A DNA stretch of 64,000 nt from Acidimicrobiales bacterium (GTDB lineage Bacteria; Actinomycetota; Acidimicrobiia; Acidimicrobiales; JAHWLA01). The first letter of the stretch is position 1; each line of letters starts with the position of its first letter. Positions 37,552 to 46,553 of this stretch are shown one piece after another. Where the stretch lies: contig DATAAM010000066.1 in the NCBI GenBank assembly GCA_036260075.1, positions 4,226 through 68,225 of the forward strand, written 5' to 3'. The translations under genes and the position numbers were made by a program. The notes beneath the pieces were generated by a model. The model was not told where the DNA came from and searched no databases. It saw nothing but the letters and a program-made list of their open reading frames with translations.

Positions 37552-38584
37552 GCAGCGACAGCTGCGCAGCCTGAGGCTCCACCGCGGGCGCCGGTGTCCG
37601 AGGCGGTCGGGCCGACCGCAGTGGCGGGGCGACGACGCCGCCCGCGGCTCGGACGATCTCGCGCACGGCTTCGGCCAGCGCGTCCTGTTCCTTCCGGGGC
37701 AGGTAGGACCGACGGTACCGGCGCTCGTAGTCGTCGACGAGCTCGGGGTGGGCACCGCGCAGCCAGCCCATGAAGTGGTCGCGCACGCCGGGGCGCAGGT
37801 GCAGCGCGATCGGCGTGACGGAGACGGCGCCGGCGGCGACGCCGGCCTGCACCACCGCCTCCAGCTGCTCCGGCCGGTCGGAGAGCCCCGGCAGCACGGG
37901 AGCGACCAGCACGCCGCACGGGATGCCCGCCTCGTTGAGCCTTCGCACCGCCTCGACGCGGCGGCGCGGGTGGGGGGTGCCCGGCTCGCTCGCCTTCCAC
38001 ACGGCCTCGTCGAGCGTGCTGATCGAGAGGTTGACGCGGACATCGGTGTGGCGAGCGGCCTCGAGGAGCACGTCGAGGTCGCGGAGGATCAGCGTGGACT
38101 TGGTGAGGATGGAGAACGGGTTGCCCGCCTCGCCCAGCACGCGGACGATGCCCCGGGTGAGGTGGTACTTGCCCTCCGCCCGTTGGTAGGGGTCGGTGTT
38201 GGTGCCCATCGCGATGTGGTCGCCGTGCCGGCGCGGGGAGCGCAGCTCGGCCCGGAGCCGCTCCACGGCGTTGACCTTGACGACGAGCTTGCGCTCGAAG
38301 TCGTCGCCGATGTCGAGGCCGAGGTATTCGTGGGTGGGACGGGCGAAGCAGTAGGTACAGGCGTGGCTGCAACCTCGGTAGGCGTTGATCGTGTAGCGGA
38401 AGGGCACGCGGGAGGCGGCGGGCACCTCGTTGACGATCCGCTTGGCGTTGACGTGGAGGAACTCGAGCCCGCGGAGCTCCCCTGTGCCCACATGCCGCTC
38501 GACCAGCTCCTCGTCGCGGAAGAGCGCGGCCTGGCCTTCGCTGTCGTCGGCGAGCTTCCAGCGCAGCTCGGTGATCCCGGGCAT
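37538..38584 (-). CDS. radical SAM protein (Rv2578c/SplB-like family)
   Basis: ATG at 38584 and the CSHACTYC CxxxCxxC motif. Confidence 0.85.
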   Translation of the reverse strand: MPGITELRWKLADDSEGQAALFRDEELVERHVGTGELRGLEFLHVNAKRIVNEVPAASRVPFRYTINAYRGCSHACTYCFARPTHEYLGLDIGDDFERKLVVKVNAVERLRAELRSPRRHGDHIAMGTNTDPYQRAEGKYHLTRGIVRVLGEAGNPFSILTKSTLILRDLDVLLEAARHTDVRVNLSISTLDEAVWKASEPGTPHPRRRVEAVRRLNEAGIPCGVLVAPVLPGLSDRPEQLEAVVQAGVAAGAVSVTPIALHLRPGVRDHFMGWLRGAHPELVDDYERRYRRSYLPRKEQDALAEAVREIVRAAGGVVAPPLRSARPPRTPAPAVEPQAAQLSLLNPS

Positions 38585-38616
38585 GAGGATCGCGAGTATA
38601 GCGAACGTGTGTTCGT

Positions 38617-39150
38617 CTAGCGGTGGGCCCAGAGGTCCCGCAGCAGCGCGACCTCGGCGCCGTGGTGGCTGAGCTCGTCCTGGCAGTGCAGGAGCATCGC
38701 CGCGTACGTGCTGTCGGCGAAGGGGCCGAAGGCGGGACCGAGGCTGCGCCACAGCCCCTCGTCGCCGAGGGAGGCGCAGCCGTCGCGGAAGGACGACCAC
38801 GCCCGGTCGAGCGCCTCGCGGGCCTCGCCCGCGGTCAGGTACCACTCGCCGTCGCCGAGGTCGAGGCCCTTCGTGTCGAAGGCCCGGTGCGCGTAGTCGT
38901 CGAGGCACTCGACGGCGATGTGCCACGTGCGCCAGGCGATGGTCGTGACCGGCGCGGGCGTGGGGTCGGGCACCACTCGGTCGACCGTCGGCGGCGTGCC
39001 CGGCCGCACCGACCAGCACCCGGCGACGGGCTCCCAGAGGTACTCGTCGTCGCCCAGGTCGTCGAGCCTGCTTCGCACGCGGTCCCACACGAACTCGAGG
39101 CTCTCGGTGAAGTCGGCGAGGGCTCGGCCGGCCGGCACGTCGATCAGCAT
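38617..39150 (-). CDS. DinB family protein
   Basis: ATG at 39150 and 177 aa. Conserved His positions (WRTWHIA and HCQDELSHHGAE) are typical of the DinB_2 four-helix bundle. Confidence 0.75.
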   Translation of the reverse strand: MLIDVPAGRALADFTESLEFVWDRVRSRLDDLGDDEYLWEPVAGCWSVRPGTPPTVDRVVPDPTPAPVTTIAWRTWHIAVECLDDYAHRAFDTKGLDLGDGEWYLTAGEAREALDRAWSSFRDGCASLGDEGLWRSLGPAFGPFADSTYAAMLLHCQDELSHHGAEVALLRDLWAHR

Positions 39151-39755
39151 GCCGGCACGTTCGCCCACGCCCGCACCATCGGCGGGATCGAGCGCGCCAC
39201 CAGCTCGACCAGCTCGTCGTCGCGGTCGGCGGTGCCTTCCTCCAGCCAGTGCAGGACGGCGTCGACCAGCCAGGACACGAGCAGGGAGGCGGCCCACCGC
39301 CGTCGGGCCGGGTCCGCCATCCCCGCGATCGCGGGCATCGCCTCCGCCACCTGGACCGCTTGGCGCCGGATGCGCAGCGCGTGCTCCGCGAATGTGGGCT
39401 CACGTTCGGCATGGCGCCACAGCAGGACGAAGCCGTCGGGCTCCTCCCGGGCCACGGTGAGCATGGCCTTGATGCCGAGCCGGGGCGGCGGCTCCCGTTC
39501 GAGCAGGGACACGAACGCCTCGGCCAAGCGGGTGGACACCTGTTCGAGGACGCCGTCGTAGAGCGCCTCCTTGGAGGCGAAGTGGCGGTAGACGATGAGC
39601 TTGGTGATGCCCGCGGCGGCGGCCACCTCTTCCATCGACGTCCCCGCGAAGCCCCGCTGGGCGAAAGCCCGGGCGGCGGCCCGCAGGATGGCAGCCCGTC
39701 GCTCGGCCCGGCCGAGGAGGCGGCGGCCGGAGGGGTTGGCCGTGGCGGAGGTCAC
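39144..39755 (-). CDS. TetR/AcrR family transcriptional regulator
   Basis: ILRAAARAFAQRGFAGTSMEEVAAAAGITKLIVYRHFASKEALY. Confidence 0.9.
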   Translation of the reverse strand: MTSATANPSGRRLLGRAERRAAILRAAARAFAQRGFAGTSMEEVAAAAGITKLIVYRHFASKEALYDGVLEQVSTRLAEAFVSLLEREPPPRLGIKAMLTVAREEPDGFVLLWRHAEREPTFAEHALRIRRQAVQVAEAMPAIAGMADPARRRWAASLLVSWLVDAVLHWLEEGTADRDDELVELVARSIPPMVRAWANVPAC

Positions 39756-39764
39756 GTTGTCACC

Positions 39765-39784
39765 TGTATACGCATGAGTTTACA
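39765..39784. promoter_or_regulatory. candidate TetR operator (20-bp imperfect palindrome)
   Basis: TGTATACGCA|TGAGTTTACA has 8 of 10 symmetric positions. It lies in the 37-bp gap between the divergent tetR-family gene and the 39793 gene. Confidence 0.35.
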
Positions 39785-39792
39785 CTTTCCCC

Positions 39793-40878
39793 ATGACGAC
39801 CCTTCGGACCGAATGGACGCGCGAGGAGCTCCTCGAGAGCCGCCCCGTGGCCGAGCCGCTCATCGCCGGAGGCGTGCGCTGCCACGGCGGGTTCGACGAC
39901 GACGGGTCCTACGTGTCGCCGCGCACGGCCAACCGATGGGACGCCATCCGCAGCTGGCAGGCGCAGCACACAGCCCAGTTCGGCACCGAGCTGCTCGACA
40001 TCCCGCTCGACAGCTGGCCCGAGGCCTATCCCAACGTGGCGCAGGCCCGGTTCCTCCTCGAACACGGCGTGCGCGAGCCCATCGTGGCCTCCCTCACCCG
40101 CATCGGTACGGTCGAGGGGTTCGGCTCGATGATCCGCTACTCGCTCATCCCCGACTTCCAGGCCTGCTTCGACGAGGAGGTGCGGGGGACCGCCGTCGCC
40201 CACCTCGACGGCGGGCTGTTCGAGGCGCACGCCCGCGACGAGGCGGGCTACGGCGACGAGGGCGGGCACAAGCAGATGTGGTTCGCGGCGCGCGACGTGG
40301 CCTTCGAGCACCCGGTGACGGAGGACCAGACGCAGGTGATGCTCCAGCGCATGGGCATCACCGACTCGAGCGGTGCCCGCGGGTCGATGATCCCCGACCC
40401 GATCTTCCCCGACATCGACACGAACCTGGAGATCCTCATCGCCCGCATGGCGAGCCTCTTGCTGATCGAGATCAGCGCCCACCACGTGTTCGCGTGGGCC
40501 GAGGAGGTGCTGGCCGACACCGAGCTGGTGGCAGGCGACGGGGAGGCGGCCCGGCTCGTGTCGTTCATCCGGGCCGACGAGGCGCCGCACGTTGCCTACC
40601 TCGCCACCGTGCTGTCGGAGATGCGCGACCGCACCTTCGTCACGGCATCGGGACGCACGGTGCCGGGCACCGAGATCGTGGGCACGCTCTGGGACCGGGC
40701 CGTGGCCGAGTCGCTGGGCGTGCGGCGCGAACAGAACCTGCGGCTCACGCTTCGCGAGGTCGAACACGCGCTGGCCGCTCGGCGCGACGGCGCCGACCTG
40801 CTCGAGGAGTTCCACGGGCGGGGGTCGATCCGGCCGAGCGCCGAGGGGGCGTGGGAGCCGGTCGGGGCGGGCTACTGA
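39793..40878 (+). CDS. hypothetical protein, possibly a ferritin-like diiron oxygenase (two E-x-x-H motifs)
   Basis: 361 aa of clean coding. EAHARDE...H and RADEAPHVAYL resemble diiron-carboxylate ligand motifs. The function is tentative. Confidence 0.55.
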   Translation: MTTLRTEWTREELLESRPVAEPLIAGGVRCHGGFDDDGSYVSPRTANRWDAIRSWQAQHTAQFGTELLDIPLDSWPEAYPNVAQARFLLEHGVREPIVASLTRIGTVEGFGSMIRYSLIPDFQACFDEEVRGTAVAHLDGGLFEAHARDEAGYGDEGGHKQMWFAARDVAFEHPVTEDQTQVMLQRMGITDSSGARGSMIPDPIFPDIDTNLEILIARMASLLLIEISAHHVFAWAEEVLADTELVAGDGEAARLVSFIRADEAPHVAYLATVLSEMRDRTFVTASGRTVPGTEIVGTLWDRAVAESLGVRREQNLRLTLREVEHALAARRDGADLLEEFHGRGSIRPSAEGAWEPVGAGY

Positions 40879-41231
40879 GCATCGACGTCGAGCAAGTCGA
40901 GGACGCGCTCGGGCGGCCGGGCGATCACGGCGCGGTCCCCTCGGATAACGATGGGGCGCTCGATCAGGATGGGATGCGCAGCCATGGCTTCGAGCAGCCG
41001 GTCGCGGTCGGCGTCGCCCAGGCCCAGCTCCTTGTAGACGGGCTCGCCGGTGCGCATCATCTGCCGCGGGTCGTCGATCCCGAGCAGCTCCATGACCCGC
41101 TCCAGCTCTGCTCGGCTGGGGGCGCGGTCGAGGTAGCGCACGTACTCGGCCTCGACGCCCCGCTCGGCCAGGATCCCCTGGGTCGTCCTGCACTTCGAGC
41201 AGTGGGGGTTGAAATACACCGTCGTGTCCAT
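40872..41231 (-). CDS. arsC: ArsC/Spx-family arsenate reductase-like protein
   Basis: The ATG at 41231 gives VYFNPHCSKCRTTQGILAERGVEAEYVRYL...HPILIERPIV. Confidence 0.8.
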   Translation of the reverse strand: MDTTVYFNPHCSKCRTTQGILAERGVEAEYVRYLDRAPSRAELERVMELLGIDDPRQMMRTGEPVYKELGLGDADRDRLLEAMAAHPILIERPIVIRGDRAVIARPPERVLDLLDVDAQ

Positions 41232-41252
41232 GGGTGGCGAGCGTAGGGTCGG

Positions 41253-42455
41253 GTGATGGGGAGTCGGGAGCGCGGCCAGTTCGTCCTCCTGTGCGCGGCG
41301 ACGCTGTTCGAGTTCACCGCCCTGGGGATCTACTTCTCGGCGCTGCCGTTGTTCGTGACCGACGAGCTGGCGGGCTCCCGGGCCGACGTGGGCTTGGCCA
41401 TGGGGGCGTTCGCCGTCACCGCCGTCCTCCTGCGGCCCTTCGTGGGGCAGGGCCTCGACCGTCGCGGCCGGCGGCCGTTCCTCGTGGCCGCCCCCGCCAT
41501 CCTGCTGGTGACGTCGACCGCGTTCGCTGCCGTGGGCTCGGTGCCCGCGGTGGTGGGCCTGCGGCTCCTCCAAGGCGTGACCGGGGCGTTCTTCTACACG
41601 GCGGCGGCGACGGTGGCCACCGACCTGGCACCGGTCGAGAAGCGGGCGGACTACCTGGCCCGCTTCAGCCTCTTCCTCTACGGCGGGTTCGCCATCGGGC
41701 CCAGCCTGGGCGAAGCGCTGGTGCGGCATGCCTTCGACTGGGCGTGGGCAGCAGCGGGCGCCACTGCCCTCGCCTCGTTCGTGGTCACCCTGTTCGTGCA
41801 GGAGACGACGCCGACCGAGGCTCGGTCCGAGGTGGGCGCCCGTCCGCCGTTGCGGTTCCTCCACCCGGCGGCGATCTGGCCGGGGGCCGTGATCCTCACC
41901 GCCGCCACCGGCTACACCGCCATCACGGCGTTCTCCGCCCTCTACGCCCGCCGCATCGGCATGGGTTCCTCCGGGCCCCTGTACGCCACCTTCGCGCTGA
42001 GCATCCTGGTGGTGCGGCTGGTCGCCGGTCGCCTGGCCGATCGCCACGGACGCGTCACCGTGGCGCTGCCGGGCATGGCGTTGGCGGCCGCCGCCATGGT
42101 GCTGCTGGCGGTGGAGCCGCCGCCGCCGGTCGCCTTGGTCGGCGTGGGGGCGTTCGGAGCGGGCTTCGCCTTGGTCTTCCCGGCCCTGCTGGCCCTCACC
42201 GTCGACCGAGTGCCCGACAGCGAGCGGGGCGCCGCCGTCGGCTCCTTCACCGCCTTCTTCGACATCGGGGCGTCCGGGGGCGGCTACGCCGTGGGGGCGG
42301 TGGCCGACCGAGTGGGGTTCGCGGGCGGGTTCGGCCTGCCCGGGGCGCTGTGCATGGGCGGGTTCGTGATCCTGGCCCGCCTGGGGCGTCACGTGCGCGC
42401 CGAGGCGGCGGCCGCCGCCGACGAGTCGGCGTTGCCCGAGCCCGCAGGCGCCTGA
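41253..42455 (+). CDS. MFS transporter
   Basis: 400 aa with about 12 hydrophobic segments. The GQGLDRRGRRP loop motif lies between TM2 and TM3. Confidence 0.85.
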   Translation: MMGSRERGQFVLLCAATLFEFTALGIYFSALPLFVTDELAGSRADVGLAMGAFAVTAVLLRPFVGQGLDRRGRRPFLVAAPAILLVTSTAFAAVGSVPAVVGLRLLQGVTGAFFYTAAATVATDLAPVEKRADYLARFSLFLYGGFAIGPSLGEALVRHAFDWAWAAAGATALASFVVTLFVQETTPTEARSEVGARPPLRFLHPAAIWPGAVILTAATGYTAITAFSALYARRIGMGSSGPLYATFALSILVVRLVAGRLADRHGRVTVALPGMALAAAAMVLLAVEPPPPVALVGVGAFGAGFALVFPALLALTVDRVPDSERGAAVGSFTAFFDIGASGGGYAVGAVADRVGFAGGFGLPGALCMGGFVILARLGRHVRAEAAAAADESALPEPAGA

Positions 42456-42572
42456 CTAGTCCGTGTCGGCGTCCCATTTGACGCGTTCGGGCTATTCCTC
42501 CGCGGCGCGATTGGGTCGACACTGCATCCAACGGTCGCAATCGGGCAGGCCGACGCCGCAGGAGGCACGCGG

Positions 42573-42740
42573 ATGAAGACCACCACCGCAGCAGCACGGG
42601 CCACCACCACCCCGGCGAACATGTGGGCTGTGCTCGACCGCAACGGCGGCGTCGTCGTCCTCTTCGGCGGCCAAGAGGCCGAAGCCGAGGCCCGAGACTG
42701 GCGCGGCCGCGGCTATCGCATCGCCCAGCTGACCGACTGA
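42573..42740 (+). CDS. small hypothetical protein (55 aa); too short for the ORF track
   Basis: The ATG is preceded by AGGAGG with 7-nt spacing. The product is MKTTTAAARATTTPANMWAVLDRNGGVVVLFGGQEAEAEARDWRGRGYRIAQLTD. Confidence 0.4.
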   Translation: MKTTTAAARATTTPANMWAVLDRNGGVVVLFGGQEAEAEARDWRGRGYRIAQLTD

Positions 42741-42904
42741 TTCGCGGGAGGGACATCGGCACGGCAGGACCGGGGCGCCCGCGCCCGCGGCTACAGCCCC
42801 GGCCTGCTGCTGCCGAGTTTCCGACCATGGACGTCGCCGTCTCCCTCGCACTCGCCGTGGTCGTCCTGGCCGGCTTCGGGACCGTAGGCCCCCGGCCGCG
42901 CTGA

Positions 42905-43377
42905 GCCCGATCCGAGGACGTTCGCCCGGCGCGTGAGCTCGGGCACCGGCACCGACCCGCGCCGGGGCGCGCCGGGACCTCGCCCGGTCGTACAGGCGGC
43001 GTGCTGTCCCCATCCACGGCGTCGTGTGCAGCACGACGCGCACGGCCCGGCCCGCGCGCACGCGCCACACACGCCGCCACGAGCCCGATCCCACGCCGCG
43101 GCCCTGGGCGGCAGGGTCGACCGCCGGCATGCGGAGGCGGCCTCGCCCGGTCCGAGGGCTCCGCATGCGGCGACGTGGGTCGGTCACGCAGGTGGCCGTC
43201 CCCGAGGACACGTCCGAGGTCGACGGCCACGATCACTGGGCGCCTCGTGCCCGGCTCGACACGTCCTCCGGCTCGCGGGCGTAGCCGTCGGACACGTGCG
43301 CGCCGGACAGGGCGCGAGAGGCGGCACGGGTGACGGCCCCGGCCGCGAGGTGCTCACGAGGCGAACGTCGCGCACTT
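42905..43377 (-). pseudogene. degraded GNAT N-acetyltransferase gene (several frameshifts and an internal TGA)
   Basis: GNAT motif A (AVDPAAQGRGVG) and motif B (VVLHTTPWMGTARRLYDRA) are in one frame. Other family-like pieces (PVIVAVDLGRVLG, SPHAEPSD) are in another frame. There is a TGA at 43233-43235 and the C-terminus is disrupted. Confidence 0.45.
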
Positions 43378-43380
43378 CCC

Positions 43381-43704
43381 CTAGGCCGCCGCCAGGACCT
43401 CCGGAAGCACGGCGCTGCGAAGCGCCAACCGCCACCCCTCGGCCTCCCGCCCGCGAAGGCCGTTGGCGACGATCACGCCGTCCACCAAGTCGGCCAGCAC
43501 GTCGTCGACCGAGCGGCCTCGGACGCTGACCGAGATCATGAGCCCGCCCCCGCGCAGCCGCCGAACCGTCCGCCTGGCGCCGGCAAGCCGCGGCGGGCTG
43601 GAGAACGACGGGAGCACGAGGCCGTGTCGCCGGACTTCGGCGCCGAGGGACCGGGCCAGGGCGCTGAAGGCCAGGGAGCACGACAACGAGTTCACGTTGC
43701 CCAT
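43381..43704 (-). CDS. hypothetical protein (107 aa)
   Basis: ATG at 43704 and GC3-rich coding: MGNVNSLSCSLAFSALARSLGAEVRRHGL... There is no clear SD. Confidence 0.45.
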   Translation of the reverse strand: MGNVNSLSCSLAFSALARSLGAEVRRHGLVLPSFSSPPRLAGARRTVRRLRGGGLMISVSVRGRSVDDVLADLVDGVIVANGLRGREAEGWRLALRSAVLPEVLAAA

Positions 43705-43755
43705 TGTGACGGAGGGGTGTGACAACGAGCCTCCGAGCGGCAAGGCTGGGCGACC

Positions 43756-44430
43756 ATGGACCAGACCAACGAGCAGGGGGACACGGGCGCCGAGCCCGTG
43801 GCCGAGGGTTCGAGGCCGAGAGCGAGAGGGAGCCGCCGTGCTCCCGACCCGCTGGTGGAGGGGGCGCCGGTGGCGTCCGAGGGGGCGGTCGACGAGGCAG
43901 CCGACGAGGCGGACGCCGGCATCCCCACCGGGGCCGGGACCCGGCCCTTCACCTGGGTGGGCGTGGTCACGACCGCTGCGGTCGCCCTGGTCGCCGTGCA
44001 GGTGCTCGTCTTCCTGGGGGCGATCACCCAGGGACTGTCGGTGGATCGGCTCGACGGCGACATCTTCCACAAGCTGGGCGTCGCCTTCCTCAGCAACCTC
44101 GGGGCCGTGAACGGGCTCTCCATCGTGCTCGCCTCGCTGCTGGCCGGGCTGCCCGCCCTGCTGCGCGCCGAGGTGCCCGACATCCACGACCGGCGGCGGT
44201 CGCTGGCGTTGAGCGCCGGGAGCCTCCTGGCGCTCGCCCTCATCCTGGCCACGCCGATCGCCGTGCGGGCCCGGCTGCGAGTGCTCGACATCGGGAACCA
44301 GGAGGTCGACGCGCTCGCTCGCTGGGTGCTCGTCACCTACACGGTGTCGACGCTCGGCACGGCCGCGGTGGCGCTGGCATCGTGCCTGGGGTTCGCCCGC
44401 ATCAACCGAACTGTCACACCCCCTTCCTAA
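43756..44430 (+). CDS. hypothetical membrane protein with an acidic N-terminal tail
   Basis: 224 aa with four or five hydrophobic helices after a roughly 60-aa charged N-terminus. Confidence 0.6.
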   Translation: MDQTNEQGDTGAEPVAEGSRPRARGSRRAPDPLVEGAPVASEGAVDEAADEADAGIPTGAGTRPFTWVGVVTTAAVALVAVQVLVFLGAITQGLSVDRLDGDIFHKLGVAFLSNLGAVNGLSIVLASLLAGLPALLRAEVPDIHDRRRSLALSAGSLLALALILATPIAVRARLRVLDIGNQEVDALARWVLVTYTVSTLGTAAVALASCLGFARINRTVTPPS

Positions 44431-44440
44431 GGTACGGAGG

Positions 44441-45406
44441 GTGGACGACACGCCCTCTGCCCGACCAACGGAGCTCACCCCGACCCAGCGCCGGGTGCTC
44501 GAGGAGCTGATGGCGGCCGGGCGCTCGCGCCCGTCGTTCCGCGAGTCGCTCGCCGACGACCTTCGTGGCGCGCTGGAGACGGGCCTGGCCGGCTTGGTGC
44601 CCCACCTCCCGGCGGAGGGGCTGCGCGTCCGCAAGGCCGACTTGGCCCAGGTGCACGCCTGCGAGACGCACCACTTGGCGGAGACCGGCGTGCCGTTCGA
44701 CTGGCATGCCCGCAACGCCCGGGGCGTGGTGGCCCACAAGGCCATCGAGCTGTCGGTCAGCCTCGACCCGAGCCCGCCTGCCGTGGAGCTCGTCGACCTC
44801 GCCTTGGAGCGGCTGGTGGAGGACGACTGGGAGTGGGGACCGGGGCGATGGTTGTCGGAGGCTCCGGCCGTCGAGCTGGCGGAGCTGCGGACGTTCGCCG
44901 CCGACGTCGTGCACAAGTTCCAGGACGAGTTCCCCCCGCTCAAGCGGTCGTGGCGACCCCGCCTCGAGTCTTCGCTGGCCGCCGTGCTGTGCGACGGGCT
45001 CGTCACCTTGCGAGGCAAGGTCGACCTGGCGTTGGGGCAGGCGCAGGGCACCGAGGCACGGGTGATGATCGTCGACTTCAAGACGGGGCAGCCCGCCGCC
45101 ACCCACGTGGACGACCTGCGCTACTACGCCGTGCTGGAGACGCTCCGCGTGGGCGTGCCGCCCTTCCGGGTGGCCAGCTGGTACCTCGACGCGGGCCACT
45201 GGCACCACGAAGACGTCGATGAGGACGTCCTCTTCGCGGCAGTGCGCCGCATCGTCGACGGCGTCGTGAAGCTCGTCGAGCTTCAGGTCGACCGCCGTCC
45301 TCCGCAGGTCTCGCCCGGGCCGGCCTGCGGCTATTGCGTCCTGCGGGCGGAGTGCAGCGGCGCCTTGGCTTGGTCGGAACAGCGAGCCGAGGTGGGGCTC
45401 GCCTGA
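44441..45406 (+). CDS. PD-(D/E)XK nuclease family protein with Cas4/AddB-type 4-Cys motif
   Basis: Contains IVDFKTG (the D/E-x-K motif) and YY. The Cys pattern is C(HACE)...C-x2-C-x5-C (CGYCVLRAEC). The start is GTG. Confidence 0.75.
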   Translation: MDDTPSARPTELTPTQRRVLEELMAAGRSRPSFRESLADDLRGALETGLAGLVPHLPAEGLRVRKADLAQVHACETHHLAETGVPFDWHARNARGVVAHKAIELSVSLDPSPPAVELVDLALERLVEDDWEWGPGRWLSEAPAVELAELRTFAADVVHKFQDEFPPLKRSWRPRLESSLAAVLCDGLVTLRGKVDLALGQAQGTEARVMIVDFKTGQPAATHVDDLRYYAVLETLRVGVPPFRVASWYLDAGHWHHEDVDEDVLFAAVRRIVDGVVKLVELQVDRRPPQVSPGPACGYCVLRAECSGALAWSEQRAEVGLA

Positions 45407-45674
45407 CCCACGGAAGGGAGGTGGTGCGACCCGCAGGGGCCTGAAGGGACGGGTGCGAGGAACCGCCGGCTCCGGGCGGCGGGGTCGGGGCCGCGGCATG
45501 CCAGCGGCTGTCGACGCGACTCCGGGGGCCACGCGCAGCCGCGGGTTGGCGCGCTCGAAGACGAGCACGGTCGTCGACGTTCCTCGACGCGCGACCGGGT
45601 GCACCGACGAGGGCGACGACGGGGCGGGACCGCCGGTCCTGAACCGATGGCGGGCGCCCTAGGATCGACGGCCG

Positions 45675-46553
45675 ATGGAGGCGGAGCGCCAACCCCAGCT
45701 ACGCGAGGTCGCGGGTGGCGGCGCGCTCGTCCACCTCCCCCGGCCCGCGCCGGCCCTCCCCGAACCCCGCCTGTCCGACGTCGACGAGTGGGGGCGGTCC
45801 GAGCGAATGCGGGCGCTGGTGCGCCGTCTCTACGACCCGATCTACCGCCGCTGGTTCCGGGTGGAGTGGGAGGGCCTGGAGAAGATCCCCCGCGACGGCG
45901 GCGCCCTGCTCATCGCCAACCACGCCGCGGCGGTCCCCAGCGACGCCCCGGTGATCATGCACGGCATCGAGGAGGAGTTGGGGCGCCCCGTGTACGGCCT
46001 GGCCGACCACCTCTTCAAGTCGGTGCCGGTGATCGGCACGCTGTGGGCCCGGACCGGCGGGGTGGTGGCCCATCCGGAGAACGCCTATCGCCTGCTGCGG
46101 GAGCAGCAGCAGCTGGTGCTCGTGTTCCCCGAGGGCGACAAGGGGCCGGGCAAGACATACCAGGAGCGGTATCGGCTGCGGCGGTTCGGGCGGGGCGGGT
46201 TCGTGGAGATCGCCATGCGGGCGGGCGTGCCGGTGGTGCCGATCGCTGTGGTGGGCGCCGAGGAGTCGATGCCCATCGTGTTCCGGTTCCCGACCCTCGC
46301 CCGGTGGGCGGGGCTCCCGTACGTGCCGATCACGGCCAACCAGCTCGTGTTCGGCCCGGTGCTCGGCTACCTCGCCTACTTCCCGGCCAAGTTCAAGCTG
46401 CGGGTGCTCGACCCCGTCACCTTCGACGTGCCGCCCGACCAGGAGCGCTACTCCAAGAGCCGGATCATGGACGAAGCGGAGGCGATACGCGTGCGACTGC
46501 AGGAGACGCTCTACGAGATGCTGGCCGCCCGCAAGAGCGTGTGGTTCGGCTGA
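45675..46553 (+). CDS. lysophospholipid/1-acyl-sn-glycerol-3-phosphate acyltransferase family protein
   Basis: 292 aa with LLIANHAAAVPSD (the H-x4-D block) and the FPEGDKG block. Confidence 0.85.
   Translation: MEAERQPQLREVAGGGALVHLPRPAPALPEPRLSDVDEWGRSERMRALVRRLYDPIYRRWFRVEWEGLEKIPRDGGALLIANHAAAVPSDAPVIMHGIEEELGRPVYGLADHLFKSVPVIGTLWARTGGVVAHPENAYRLLREQQQLVLVFPEGDKGPGKTYQERYRLRRFGRGGFVEIAMRAGVPVVPIAVVGAEESMPIVFRFPTLARWAGLPYVPITANQLVFGPVLGYLAYFPAKFKLRVLDPVTFDVPPDQERYSKSRIMDEAEAIRVRLQETLYEMLAARKSVWFG

Noticed and set aside
42826-42903. A 25-aa hydrophobic mini-ORF (MDVAVSLALAVVVLAGFGTVGPRPR).
   Set aside because: It has no SD, is very short, and lies in a decaying region. I cannot distinguish it from chance.
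43233-43235. An in-frame TGA inside the GNAT remnant, considered as a third possible Sec codon.
   Set aside because: No stem-loop follows at the expected distance. GNATs have no redox Cys at this position. Family-like segments switch frames several times nearby, so a pseudogene is the simpler explanation.
45407-45674. A 268-bp gap between the nuclease and acyltransferase genes, inspected for a tRNA (including tRNA-Sec), a small RNA or a small protein.
   Set aside because: I found no T-loop (GTTCGAATC-like) or cloverleaf-compatible arms. Only short 5-bp hairpins are present, and the ORFs here are Arg/Pro-rich shadows.
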